Shown here piece by piece: positions 23,477 through 37,300 of a DNA stretch of 64,000 bases (positions are counted from its first letter, which is position 1; each line of letters opens with the position of its first letter). The DNA comes from Dimorphilus gyrociliatus (Eukaryota; Animalia; Annelida). The DNA is taken from positions 1,984,001-2,048,000 of the forward strand of contig CAJFCJ010000012.1 in the NCBI GenBank assembly GCA_904063045.1, in the 5' to 3' direction. A program made the translations under genes and the position numbers. Under the pieces are notes generated by a model. The model saw only the letters and a program-made list of their open reading frames with translations. It was not told where the DNA came from and did no database searches.

Positions 23477-25916
23477 TTATATTCGATCTTTGAAGAAATT
23501 GTAGCTTATTTTTAGATTTTTCATATTTTTTGTAAAATGCGGAGGAAGTTTTGCAATAAAAAATAAATTTTTTCCATCTCTCCATTCTGGTAGAACTATT
23601 GTATGAGCGTGTAAATGCATTGCAAGGTGGCGTACTTTCGCCTGACGAATATGTAGTCTTTGCAATGTCTCTGGATACAGTTTTTGTGGGGCAAATCGGT
23701 CGGAATGAGAATATTTATGATCCCCTAATACAGGTGTGTTCAAAGCAAATGCCAGATGGCACCGTAGCTGATGTTTGACACCTAATAATTTTAATAAAAA
23801 AAGTATTTAGTACAAATTATTATTTAATCTTTGCTAATGCAACTAACCAGTTTTCGGAATAAGTAATACTAAACCAACCGAGCTATTTTGACTTAAAACC
23901 CGATATTGGGTTATTGCTTCGGATTTTAAAGGCTTTCTTCCTTGATTCAAAAAACTATTCGTCTCCTCCGAATAGTCGGGTAGTACACCCATCTAAAATA
24001 ATTATTATGTTATTCAAGTTAATAATAAAGAAATACAAAATTATCTTACCCTATATCTTCCATCAACCATATGCTCTCCGATTGGAATATCTACAATGCC
24101 ACTCAAAGGATCCGGAACGCCTTTAGTTAATGCTAAATATTTCTTTTTTATTTTTTGTTGCTTGAATAGCAGTTGTAATTTTCCGAGAGTTAATTCATTT
24201 CTAAATTAAAAAAAAATAGCCAGCTATTCTTCAAATCTTTGCATACATGACTTATAATCATAAGAGCTTTATATGTAACATATGATTACTTAGCTAAAAC
24301 CATAACTCCTGTTGTTTCCTTATCAAGTCGGTGTCCAACGTATAACTTTTCGCAGTTTAATACTTCGCATAAACGATTAAGAAATTGTCCAACACTTCGT
24401 TTTATTCCAGGACCACCTGACAGAATTTAGACGAATATAAATATCAATCTCTTAATTATAAGAAATCGTAACTTTTTACCATGAGATGCCAAACCGTAAG
24501 GCTTATCTATCACTAACAGTTCATCTAGGTTTAAAAAAAGCTAGTAGTGCATAGAAAATGTTAAGAGTGTTTTACCAACCGTCTTCGTATAATATACTGT
24601 CTTTCAGAATACTTAGAACAACATCATCTGACATTTTGTGGAACGGTGGTACTTGGTCAGTTAGAATTCTAAAACCTTTTGAGTCAAAACGACCCACTGC
24701 ACCAGCTTTCTTTTCGCTAGAATAGTTTTCTGAAAACGATACAATCCTTATTTCAATACGAGAAAAACATTTTATTTTAGATCGTACTTTGGCTTAGTTT
24801 TTCATCCAATCGAAGTTTCATAGCTAAATCGTACGCTGTCTTTGGAGTTTCAATATTTGCTTTAGGTCGATCCTTAGTCCTTAATCTCTGTCTTGTGTCA
24901 CTTTCAATGTATATATCCTTATTTTGTTGTTCATCTTCCCTTACGCGGAGAACAAATTCTTCGCTCTTTTCCTGGTCTAAAGATTCTTTAGTCACAGCTC
25001 CTTCAAAATATTGTGAATCGAAGACATTTTCAAATTTTTCATTAGCTTGTGTTATGTCTTTCTTTTTTTTCTTAAAAGAATTGCCAAATTCTCTCGTATC
25101 ATCTACATGCTTCATTCTGGGAAAGTGTTCTTTAATAATAACAATTTCTGGCTTCTCCTTTTCGCTATATTCAACGTTAATTGTCCCTTCGGTTACAAAG
25201 TTATCGTTATTAGGTGTATATTCCTCACCAACAGAGGATACACCCTCGAAATATTCTGCATCAAAGAAATTCGTTTCTTCCTTTTTTGGCTTTCCTTGAT
25301 TACTAGATTTTTCTTTTGGCTCCGATTTTTCAAGCTTAAAAGATGACTGCAGTTTCTCTGCATTCTCTATAACTTCACTTGAAAAATATTGCTCATCAAA
25401 AGTATTTGATTTGTTTTCTTTTTCAGCACCTAGACTCTGAATTGTTCCAATATTCGTTGCTTTCTGATCATTCATTGAGTCTAATCTAACTGTTCCAAAT
25501 TTCATTTCAAAAACTTCTTCGTATTTTTTCTTTTTTTTAGAGTCTTGTTTTCTTAAGAATTGTCTGACAGGTATCCGATTTAATGGTTTATCCGAATTTT
25601 CATTTTCATTAGTGAAGTTCAATTTCCAATCTTCAACTTCTGTTGAAAAGTCATTCTCTGACAAAGTCTGACGACTGCTGCTTGCAACAGTATTAGACTG
25701 ATGTAAATGCTTTTCCCGAAGCCTTCTTCTCAAATCATCAACTGTAGAATTAACTTTGTTATCATGTTCATTATTTGAGGACGTTGCACATGTCCGGACG
25801 ATAATGCAATTTTTTTTATATTTACTACTTAAACGAACAGTTAGAGAATTAAACTGTAAAATTTGGGATTTATGTAAATTTTGAACACAGTCTATCAAGT
25901 TTCTCCTTGTGATCAT
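23477..25916 (-). CDS. RPUSD4: Mitochondrial RluA-type RNA pseudouridine synthase with a long acidic N-terminal extension
   Basis: Catalytic GHRLDKETTGVMVL motif near 24300-24340. Also NKPYGLASHG, GVKHQLRCHLAFALNTPVLGDHKYSH and a basic, presequence-like N-terminus. Confidence 0.85.
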
Positions 25917-26610
25917 TGCTAACTACGAACTAACAAAGATAAACTCGTACACTTAAAAAGTAAACGAATCTAAGAGCAAAACACTAGTACCAGTTTTCTT
26001 ACGTAAATCCCGTCAGGGAAATTTTAAGCTTAATGAGGATTGTGATTGGCTAAAGATTTTCCCCACAAGAGGGGTATAGTGTCTCCATAGTTCATTTAAT
26101 AAAAAATATAACAATCGTATCAGCTTATACCACTACACCAAATTATAGCCAAATTCTTCTTGGCGATTTTCGTATGAATCGTATATTGGTGAGACTTCCT
26201 TATATTATTTATCCATGGTGCATTGGTGCTTGGGTGTGCTGTAGGTGAGCTCTATTGTTCATGCTCCCTGACCCCATCTGTAAGTCAACACTTTTAAAAG
26301 TACATATAAAGGATTAATAGTAATTTATTTTTAATTTGACATAAGTTTTTTATTCGATAACTTGAATTATAATAAAAGAGAGTTAAATAGCTGTAAAAAA
26401 ATTCTGATCGATAATTGGGTATTTAAGTGACAGTAATAATTTATTCAATTTTGATCGTCGCATTTATGTACTGTAGGAGACATTTAGATAGATCAAAACT
26501 CTGATTTTGATTTTTCTTTTTTACAGCTATATATATATATATATACATACATATATATATAAATATATATATATATGTTTATTAGAATAACATAATGTGT
26601 TAACAAAAAC

Positions 26611-29600
26611 ATGAACGATGAAATTAGAACTAACCCCATCAAGATTACCTTTGATAAAGGAAAAAAGAATAGGAGACAGCTAAATTCTAACAATTCTAAT
26701 GATAACGAAACACTGCCTAACGATTGTTCACCAGTCGCTTCTGTTTCTAACTCCAACCCAGCTTTACACGTTTCCAACAATTTGGGTCAGAATTGCAATC
26801 AGATATCATTTAGTTCTCCAACTTTCCCTATGTCTAACTATTCTGCTGCTGCTACTGCTCCACCTCCACCTCCTGCATCAACCGAACAATCGGCGGACGT
26901 AAACAATCCTAATTACCAAGCTAACAATCAATGCAACTATTCGTTATTGTGTCAAATGAATTCTCTATTTCGGCCTCAAAATATGATGCCATACGGACAA
27001 TATACTTGGAATTCAACTGTAGGAAATACTCTAGGATCTGGTGATTGTCAAACAAATAATTTTTTTCCAACACCATACCAAGCGTCAAACCTTAAATTCT
27101 CTAATATGTATTTCAAAAAAAATTTTCACGGCAACTCTAATTTTGGGTCAGGTATTAATCAAACAAAGAATTTTAAAGGAACCATGGACGAAAAGCTCGA
27201 TAAAGATAATAGTCGTAATTCACGTAATAACCGTAATAGAAATACAAATAAATTAGATAGGAATCAGGAAAGAGAACAAGATAGAAGACGTGGCGGGAGG
27301 GGTGGAAAGCATGATAATTATAATTCGCAACAATGGCGTAGAGGGTGAGTGATCTGCAGACAATATATATTTATATATTTATATAATCATTTATTTATTA
27401 GACTATTACCTCATCCAAATGCCGGAGCGCAAGGATCTCAACAGTCTTTTAAGTCAGGAGATAAACAGTCGAGATATAGGAAGTAAATAAACATTTACAT
27501 GACCTTTTCTTGATACATTTACACAAATCACTTTTTATCCTTGCTATAGTCGGAAGAGAAAGAATGTTGCCGATCTGTGCGAAGACTTCGATATGGCCAG
27601 AGAAGAGGCGATTAAAGAGTGAGTATACTATTATAAATATTTATTACTATTATTACTATTCAATTAATTAATTACCTTGTATTAAAACAGGGAAAGAGAG
27701 AAAAGGCAAGCTGTTCAACGAAGACGAGAAATGCGTAGGAGAAATCCTGATGATTATTGGCCAAACAAAAAGCGCTACAAAAGTAGGTCTCCGTCCCCTG
27801 AATTACCTCCTGTGCCTAAATGGATCCGTAGTAGTCCTGCTACATTATATTTCGAGGCTAAAGATGTGCGTACAAACATATTGGTTTATTATTTGTTTTA
27901 TATTATTCTAAACTGTTTGAAAAATTTACAGGGAAAAACATTCTCAACGGAAAGAATGCAACAACTGGAATCTAAATTCCAAAATGATGTTATATCACGA
28001 TCTGATAGCGTTCCATGTGAAATTGAAAAAGAAAAAGTTCAAAAGCAAGATGATCTTCTACCAAAAATGCATTTCCATTCCCATAAAGGCTGTTGTAGTC
28101 AAGATAATGGAGATGACTTGTCTCATTCCGATTCTTCGGAGGAAAGTGATAAAGGAGATGGTGATGAACCGGAATATTTAAAGGAAATGATGAGAAAGCA
28201 GCAGCATCCTCAAAGACTTCATAAAGAAGCTTGGTATAACGATTCTTTGCAAGTTGGTATACATGGATAATAGATATCAATGTAATAATAATACAATATT
28301 ATTTTTCTTGCCAGTTAAATACAGGACCCATATGCAAGTGCAGTTTAAACTCTAGAAAACATGGAATTCGACATGATATTTATCCAGGTGAAGAGGTTAG
28401 GAAATTATTGATATTTATTTAAATACAATACCTAGATTTTTCCCCTTTACTAATATTTATATTCTCTTTTATAGCCCGTTCCAAAATGTGTTCAAGAAAG
28501 TAACTGCTCCGACGTACTATACCATTATAGAATAGCCGTATCTCCTTACAATAATTTTTTGGTAGATTTTTGTATTTTAATAATTAAATAAATTATGTCA
28601 ATTAATCATTTATTTTGTTATTTTAGACTGGAAATCCAACAGTAATTTTACATGATGATCGTGAATATACATTTGAAGGCTTTTCTATACTTTCTCACAA
28701 GAAATTGGCTTCGGTTAGAAGAGAAATGATTCTGTTTATTTGTTTATTAATAATCGATATTTTTTTCTTAGAATATTCCTCCATGTATGTTATCCCGTTA
28801 TGGATTTTTATATAGAATTCATTTCTTCAAAGAAGAACCATTACAGGTAAACTATTCTAATAATAATTTTAATATATTCTACTAAAATCAACTTTAATAT
28901 TTTCAAATCAATCAAAAACAGAATTATGATATTCGAACTTTAGATTTATTTTCCAAGTTCTTATTCTTCGATATTCTAGAATTAGTTGATTTGGATTGGC
29001 TACGACCAAATGACGATTGTTGTCCTTTATTTCATATTATGCCTCGCTTTACAAGAATGTTACCAGGTTAAAATTTTATACAAATATATACTGCATAGTT
29101 ATTTCATTAATATTTGTGTTTTATGTTGATATTTCTTTAGAAAATGGTAAAGAAATCTTATCAATGAATGAAGTTCTTAGTTATTTAGTCAAATCAGCTA
29201 AACCACTAGTGGACCTTCAAGATTTACCGAGAATCAAAAGATTTACAGATACCGAATGGATGGAATACGTTGATAGAGTCCGCGGCTCTATTGTCACCAA
29301 TCCTAAAACGAAACCAACGTCTTTACGTATCGATCAATTAGATAGAGTTGATCGTACATCCGATGGATTTCCAATACTAATTCATTTTGGGGCCAGACCA
29401 GCCCAGTTGAGTTATATGGGCGATACACAGTAAGTTAACTTTAATGAATTTTAATTCTACAGAGTGATTAAAATTACTCACAATTTGTAAATAGATATCA
29501 GCGTCTTTCAAGAGAAGTAATGAAACTAAGACATCTGTATTCAAATAAACCAAAAGTAACTAGAGAAGAAAAGCGTAGCTTGGCAGACAAAGAGGAGAAA

Positions 29601-32230
29601 CTTAAAAATATGAAATTAAAAAGCGAATTAAAGAAAGAAGTCACAATTGAAGTCAGTTCTAAAGGTTTCTATAGAACTGGACTGAATTGCGATGTTTGCC
29701 AGCATGCCTTGTTACTTCCCGTTCTTATTACTCATTTAAGATTTCATCAATGTTTAATAAAACTAGAAGAATATATTGGATATTCTTTTAAAGATCGAAG
29801 TTTACTTCAGCTGGCAGTTACCCATCCGTCTTACCGTCCACACTACGGAACGAATCCTGATCATGTTAGGAATACTCTTTCAAACTGTGGTATACGTCAT
29901 ACTGAATACGGTGATAAGGAAAATATGTCAAGAAGTAGTCGAAAAAGAGGAATAACGACTCTAATACATATAATGAGTATGATGGGGAAAAAAGAGAAAA
30001 TAAGTTCCGAAGTTGACCATTATGAACGTCTAGAATTTCTGGGAGATGCCATTATCGAATTTATTACAAGGTAGACCATGTTGCACACATGTAGTATATA
30101 TACGTTTACTATATTTATATATAAATTATTTCAGTATCCGATTATTCTATATGTTTCCTGAACTGGACGAAGGTGGTCTAGCCATGTACAGATCTGCTTT
30201 AGTCTGTAATCAGCATTTAGCCGTTTTGGCAAAGGTTTTTATAAAGAAAATACTTTTAGGTTAATTGAAATTAACAATTTTGTTCCCTATCTCTTTTAGC
30301 GTCTGAAATTGGACGATTACATGCTTTATGCTCATGGACCAGATCTATGTCATAGATCTGAACTTCGACATGCCATGGCAAATTCATTTGAGGCATTAAT
30401 GGGTAAATATTTCATGTTTTGTAAATATATACAGTATATATATTATAATTATATTTCTCTCTAATCTTATTCAGGTGCTATTTTCTTGGACGAGAGTCTC
30501 AAAACCGTTGATAGAGTTTTCAGTCAAACTTTATGGGAGTCAGATCCAGAGTTAAGAAAAATTTGGGACTCTGATAGAAAACATCAATTGCAGAATGAAT
30601 TTCCAAATGGAGATCGACATCTAATAGAAAGTAGTCCAATTCTTCAAAAATTAGTCGAATTTGAAAATTCTACTTGTATTAAGTTTGGTCATATGAGACT
30701 CTTGGCAAAGGCATTAACGCTGAAAAGTGTGTCATATAACTGGTTAACAAGGTACTAATAGTATTCTTTACATATTCTTTACTGAATCGATTAATTAAAT
30801 AATGTCTTATTTTTCCCGTTTTAAGGGGTCATAATCAAAGGCTAGAATTCTTAGGCGACACTGTTTTGCAGTTGGTGTCTTCTGTTTTCCTTTATCTTCA
30901 CTTTCCTAACCATCACGAAGGCCATTTATCGGTAATACAATTAATGTTATTGATAGACGAAAGAAAAGTGTTAAAACTTTTTATCTTTTTCTTATTCAAT
31001 TCAATAAAGCTTTTACGAAGTTCACTGGTCAACGCTAAAACTCAAGCTCAAGTAGCCTGCGAAATTGGATTACCAAATTTTATCATTGCAAATGATAAAC
31101 ATATTAATTTAAATAAAGCAAAAGCCTTAGCTGATCTTTTAGAGGGTATTTTCTTTAAATAACTTTCATTTTCTCTATTATTAGATCGATTTAATCATTT
31201 CTATAAATTCTCTATAGCATATATTGGGGCAATGTACGTCGATCAAGGGATAAATTGTGTTAAAGTATTTTGTAATGTTTGCTTCTTTCCGAGATTAGAG
31301 GTAATACCAGAGCTAAAAATTAAAATATTTAATAATTCTGTTAAATTTCGCTATTTTATATAATTTAAAAAAAAAAGACAATTGCATTTATTCTCCTATT
31401 TTTTACTTCTTTTTGTATTTCCTCAATACCCTTCTTTCCAAATAAGATAAACTTTTTTTATAAAATTGTATATATATATAAAGGAATTTATAATACATCA
31501 AAAATGGAATGATCCGAAATCACAACTTCAACAATGTTGCATTACCCTAAGGGATGTTGGTGGAGGTGATCCAGAAATACCAGTTTATAAGTAAGTTAAA
31601 TTAATCAACCTATTGAAATGCAAAGCAAAAATAAGTCTCTCTTTTAATGTTTTGTTTTTTTTTTTAAATAATTGAAGGGTTTTTTAAAAAAAAAAAGAGT
31701 ATGTACGCTGTACGTGCACTAATTTTTTACTGGCTCTGCAAAATGTGCTGCACGATTCATTTTGCAATTCAGCTGAAAAACATGAGTGTACGTTTGTCGT
31801 CGATTTATGTTTAACTTAAAAAAACAAATTATAAAAATAACTAATAATAATAGGTTAATAAGATAAGATTTGTCACACCTATTTTCATAGTTGAAGAACA
31901 GCATATGTACACATATTTTTATCTGACTGCTTAGTCGTTTAAAGCTGAATAGGTAAAAGTGTGTGTGCGAGAGCTTCAGCCCAATTTTCTTATTTAAAAA
32001 TACAAAAAAAAAAAGAGATATACGTTTTTCTACTAAAGGTGGATAAGTTACTTTTATGATAAATCTACTGACAAATATACATTTTGTTGCGTCCAATGTA
32101 GAATCTTTGCCAATCTATGAAATTTGTCATCAAAAATCGCCGCAGAGTATTATAGTTCAGCAAATATCTATAGATATTAAACATTTATTTATATATACAT
32201 TCGTATACATTTTATGTATACAAATATATC

Positions 32231-32262
<32 letters not shown>

Positions 32263-33479
32263 CAGTATATATAATATATATTGTATATAGATTAATCGTT
32301 TTAGTATGAATATTCATTGAGTTCTATCTTAGGGAAATTTCACGATTTGGACCGACTAACAGAAGATGCTTCAAAGTTGCTGTTTATTTTAAAAGTAAAA
32401 GATTGGCTATTGGTCAAGGTAGATGCCTTAGAGAAGCTCAAATGGATGCGGCTAAAAATGCTCTAGATGAAAATTCAGGTTCATTCTATTATTTAATATA
32501 AAATGAATTGTATTATAAATTTTATTTCTCTCCTCCAGAATTGTTCCCGCAAATAAAATATCAACGAAGAATTGTTCAACAAAAGTATAATCTTCCCAAA
32601 GACGGCTCGGATAAGAATGATAAGAGAGACTTGGAGCCTGGTAGGGATCGCAATGTTCTGCCAAAACAATACGCTGAAAATAGTAACGATCATATTGATA
32701 AATTGGACGAACACGAAAAAGATAAACATGAAGATAATGCAGAGGAGGGCAATGATAAACAAAAGACTCAATCTTGGAATGAAAATCGTAAATTACCGTT
32801 TGCACCTATTAATTTGGATGATATTAAAGTGGACGAATCAGATGAACAACCTCTGTCTCCAGATAGCCCTAAACGAAAAGAGGAGACTCATGAGTTTTGT
32901 ACAACTTTCTTTCCAGAAAATGTAGAATACATTGATGACGAGGAAAAGTCAAAAGAGCCTGAAAAGTCGCCAGTCGTCTTCAAATTTAAAAAGACATTTA
33001 AACCAATTGGGACTTCTGCTTTATTAAAAACTTATTCTAAACCAAAAATCAGCGACGATACCGATGATAATGATAATGAGGACGATGAGGACGACGAAGA
33101 TGACGACTATAATGACGATAAAAGTAAAGCTAACGAAAATGAATCAGTTGAAAAATTGACGTGCTATACAAATAAAAGTATAGTTAAGATGGATATTAAC
33201 GAAATAAAGAGAAAACGTATAAGGAATATTAAAGCTCAATCGATAAACATGTCACCCGGATTAAAATGTGATTCGGAAAAGGAAGATTTCCACTATGTTG
33301 ATAACGATAACAAGCTGTCAACGGAAAAGACTATTCCAAACACAGTTCTCATCAAAGAACGACCTTCTATTGATTTTGATCAAGAAGAAAGATTAGAAAC
33401 GAAAGATATGAAAATGGAATTAAGTTCGCACGAAAATTCTTCAACAGAAGAAGGCGAAATTAAAACGGATAGCGAATGA
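26611..33479 (+). CDS. DROSHA: Ribonuclease III Drosha
   Basis: Pro-rich and RS/RE-rich N-terminus, central domain (THPSY..NYGTNPDH-like), two RNase III signatures ([18 protein letters not shown]) and a dsRBD ([20 protein letters not shown]). About 20 exons. Confidence 0.97.
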
Positions 33480-34328
33480 AATAATGATATACAAAAAAAA
33501 AAAAAAAAAATAAGCCCAATTGGTGCTAAGTCAAAAAGCAAAAAAAATTATTAGGATATTATTATCTGTGATTTTTATACTATATGTCAAAAGTAGCTAT
33601 TTGCCTATTTCTTTTTTTCCATTTTTTTCCGCCCTTATAAGTTTTTTACAATAGCAATTTTCATTCTAAGGTGGGTGATATCAATTTCTTTTTTTTTATT
33701 AATTTTGCATGCAAATGAATTGGCCATTTTCTTAAAATTTATCACTAGACTTCGATTATAACAAAAAAAAACAGAGGTTTTAAAAATTAATAACCTGCAT
33801 ATAATTATAAAATTTACATATGCTATGTTATTAAATTTTAAGCATAAATATATATATATACTTTGTAATTCAGTATATATAACCATAAATATTAACCATA
33901 TTATATTATATATATATATATATATTAATATATATATATATATATAGGTATATATAAAACTATCTTTATTGAAGACTTATACTTTTTATCATTCAATAAA
34001 TATTTATGTTTTTGTTAAAATCTCTTGTTTTAATTTAAGACTATTTTCACTTATTGTTAAAAGAATTGTAACTTTCTGTGACTATTTCCAAAACGACACA
34101 AAACATAAAATAAAAATTTAAAAAGTTTAATTTATTAAATACAATGTTAATAACTTAACTTTTTTTTGAAATCTTATCAAAATAATGATTTATTAAACAA
34201 TTAAAAAACATCACTTCGTAATAATAAATTAATTAATAAATTATATCTTTCTCTCTGTATTTTATGAGAAAAGGATAGTAGATGCGTCTAAATCTTAAAG
34301 AAAGAGACGAAATACTTAATAAGTTAAA

Positions 34329-37300
34329 TTATTTATAGATTTGCGAGAGTTTCTTCAAATTCGCCCAATTCGGTAGCTTCTTTTTCTGTAAAAGAAGAGA
34401 AATATTGAAATAAAATAAGAAATAATAAAATATAATAATTAATTGCTTTCTTAAAAAATAATAATATAAATGAACACACATACGCGACCAGTAGTTTGCT
34501 TCCAATTTAGAAGAGGAATAACCGACGGTCTGCCGTGAGCACATTGAAAGGGTAAATTGCAAGTGCTTAAATCCTTAATTAAGTTAACGCATTCATTTAA
34601 ATCTAGAGAATCACCAAATTTTATAGCTCCCCGGCAAGCTTTCGTATTTAAACTATCCGAAACGAGTTTCGGAAGAGAACGATTAGCTCCTTTAGTGTTT
34701 TGTAAAAGCTTTCGAAAATGCAGTAACAAAAATTTACTTGGTTATTAAATAATTATAATAAAAGTCATACTTCGATTTCATCTTCTAAAAAACTTTCAAC
34801 TAATTCTAACGAAACATTTATAGCTGATTGACTTTCGTTAGATACTTTTTCAACAAGAGCGGCCGGTAAAGAATGAAGAATTATTGTGTCTCTTGTATCT
34901 TCTTCAAATTCTACACCAAAATGTTCAAGTTGTTTTGAAAACGACGATATCATTCTAACAGTTTTTGAATTAAGTTCTAAAGTAATAGGTGGACTCACAG
35001 AAACGTTTCTTAGTTTACCATTACTCCACGCTTCTATATCGGTAAAAATTAATTAAAACACATTAACTAAACAAATAGAGAGCATAATTAACCTTTTGTA
35101 AAATATTCAAGGCGAATACGTTCGTGCGCGGCGTGTTGATCAACAATTAATATCAATTCTATGATAAGAAATGTATATATTGGTATATATATAGTCGACT
35201 ATATACAGTGAATATACTGTATATTTAATTAGAATAGATAAACAAAATTAACCTTTATCTATTCCGAAATGATTGATAAGACTAGAAATAACAATAAACT
35301 TTTCGTCTACTTGTCCAATAACTTTTGTTTCTTTAAGTATTTTAGAATCCAATTGAACACCGGTAATATTTTGTAAAAACGTTGTTAACTCTTGATCTTT
35401 TGTTCCAATAGAAATATCTTTAATACGCTAAAAAAATATTTAAAAAACATAAAAATAATAGACTAAATAATAATTCTAAATTATTATAATGTTAACCAAT
35501 TTTGGTATGTTGAAACAAGGATCTTTAACTTTACCCCAAGCCTCTTTAAGCTTCTCATCTGACATAGCTGTTTAACACGTTTCTATATATAAAAAAGTAC
35601 ATTATACGTATTATGTTATAATAATACCAGCAATAGATATCGGTATACATCCATCTTTCCATTTATCCGATAAATTATCATCAGCAATCTCGGTGAACAA
35701 TTCTTTGTTTAGTTTTTCCTTCTCTTCTTGTTTCCTCTTAAAAAGGTATCCTTTTGTTAAATTTGATGATCTTGAATCTATTATATGTATTGTAAATATG
35801 TAAATATACAATATAATTATATAAGTCTTTTGACGAGTCTTTTGATATTTACCTATTTTTAAACTCAAATTTCTTTTCATTGTCGATCTTAATGATTTAA
35901 CGTCGTATTTAGGTTTATTAACCACTATTTGCTGGTCATTAGATTCTACAGTATTGTTTGCAGTCATTTTCTCATCAGGACCATAAGATTGAGCTTGAAC
36001 ATCAGACATATCTTCCAGGTTTATTGTAGGTAAATTGTTTATTTCGCTATCTTTGTAACTATTGTCGACTAAAAATCCTTGACTGCTACCTTTAGGAGAA
36101 ATCTCGGTTTCGTCCTGTTTGTCTAATATAACCTCCTTTTGGACTGGTGATATTTCTGGTAAATCATCATTTATATCCAAATTCTTTAATCTATTTGAAC
36201 AGTCAGTTTGTAATTCTGATTTCTCTTGTTCAACATCATCCTTATCATGTTCCGAATCTTCAGTGTCAATAAAGAGTTCTCCAGTGCCTTCCTCGGTGTC
36301 TTCCAACTTTCCAACCGGAGGTTCGAAACTATCATCTTTCTTATCGGAGTCACACTTTTGATCAGATTCCGCAATAATATTAGTAGTAGAGCAATCTTTA
36401 GGCGTCTTTATAAAGCATTCCTTAAAAGCAACAGCTATTTTTGACCATAGAATTTCGTCATTCATTTTCGGAGGATTACTCTTTCCTGCGGAATCTTTTG
36501 AATTCGATTGATCATTTGAAAGAAATTCATTCCCTTTCGAAATTTTTTTCTCATCATCCAAAGATAATCTTGAATCATCACTTTTCATGATTGAATTTTC
36601 AGTACGTTTCAAATCATTTTCCATAGATTTATAAGTTTTTTTAAATTGTTTCTCGATTTGTTTAAATTCTACTTCCAACGATTCGTAATTATTTCTAGTC
36701 ATTAATAAATCACTATTCCCTGTTAAACCTTCTTCATTATTGGTCAATCTATTTTCTAACGATACTTCTCCTTCATTACGTTTCGTTTGCTTTTGTTTTG
36801 TCATAAATTCTATGCAATAATCCTCTTTATCTTTTTTACTAGCGGAAGTTTTTTCTCCTACGAGATATTCATTCATAGCGCAAGCGACTTTCGTATAAAG
36901 AATATCATCCGAAATTTTAGGAATAGAATTATCTGTTGGATATTCAACTTTTTCCTTTAGACGATTTGTCCTATTTTGCGTTCTTTTTATAGCTAATAGC
37001 GTATCTTGTTCTTCCCTTAAGCGATCGGGTAACTTTGGAAAGTAACGACGACGACTCAAGCGCTCATCGTTCTCTTTATCACTGGCCAAGTATGAGCTAG
37101 AATTATCAAGTAGTAGAGATGAAGTAGGTGATGTTACTTTTGTGCTTTTTCTTTCAATCTTTTCCCTTCTACGTTTAATAATCTCTGTTGTTTCCTGTTT
37201 AACATTATGACTAATAACGGAGGGAGCGAAAAGATATTTTGCTACACGTCGTTTATATAATTTATACTGCTCCATTGCCTGTTCTCTTTCGTTCATTATT

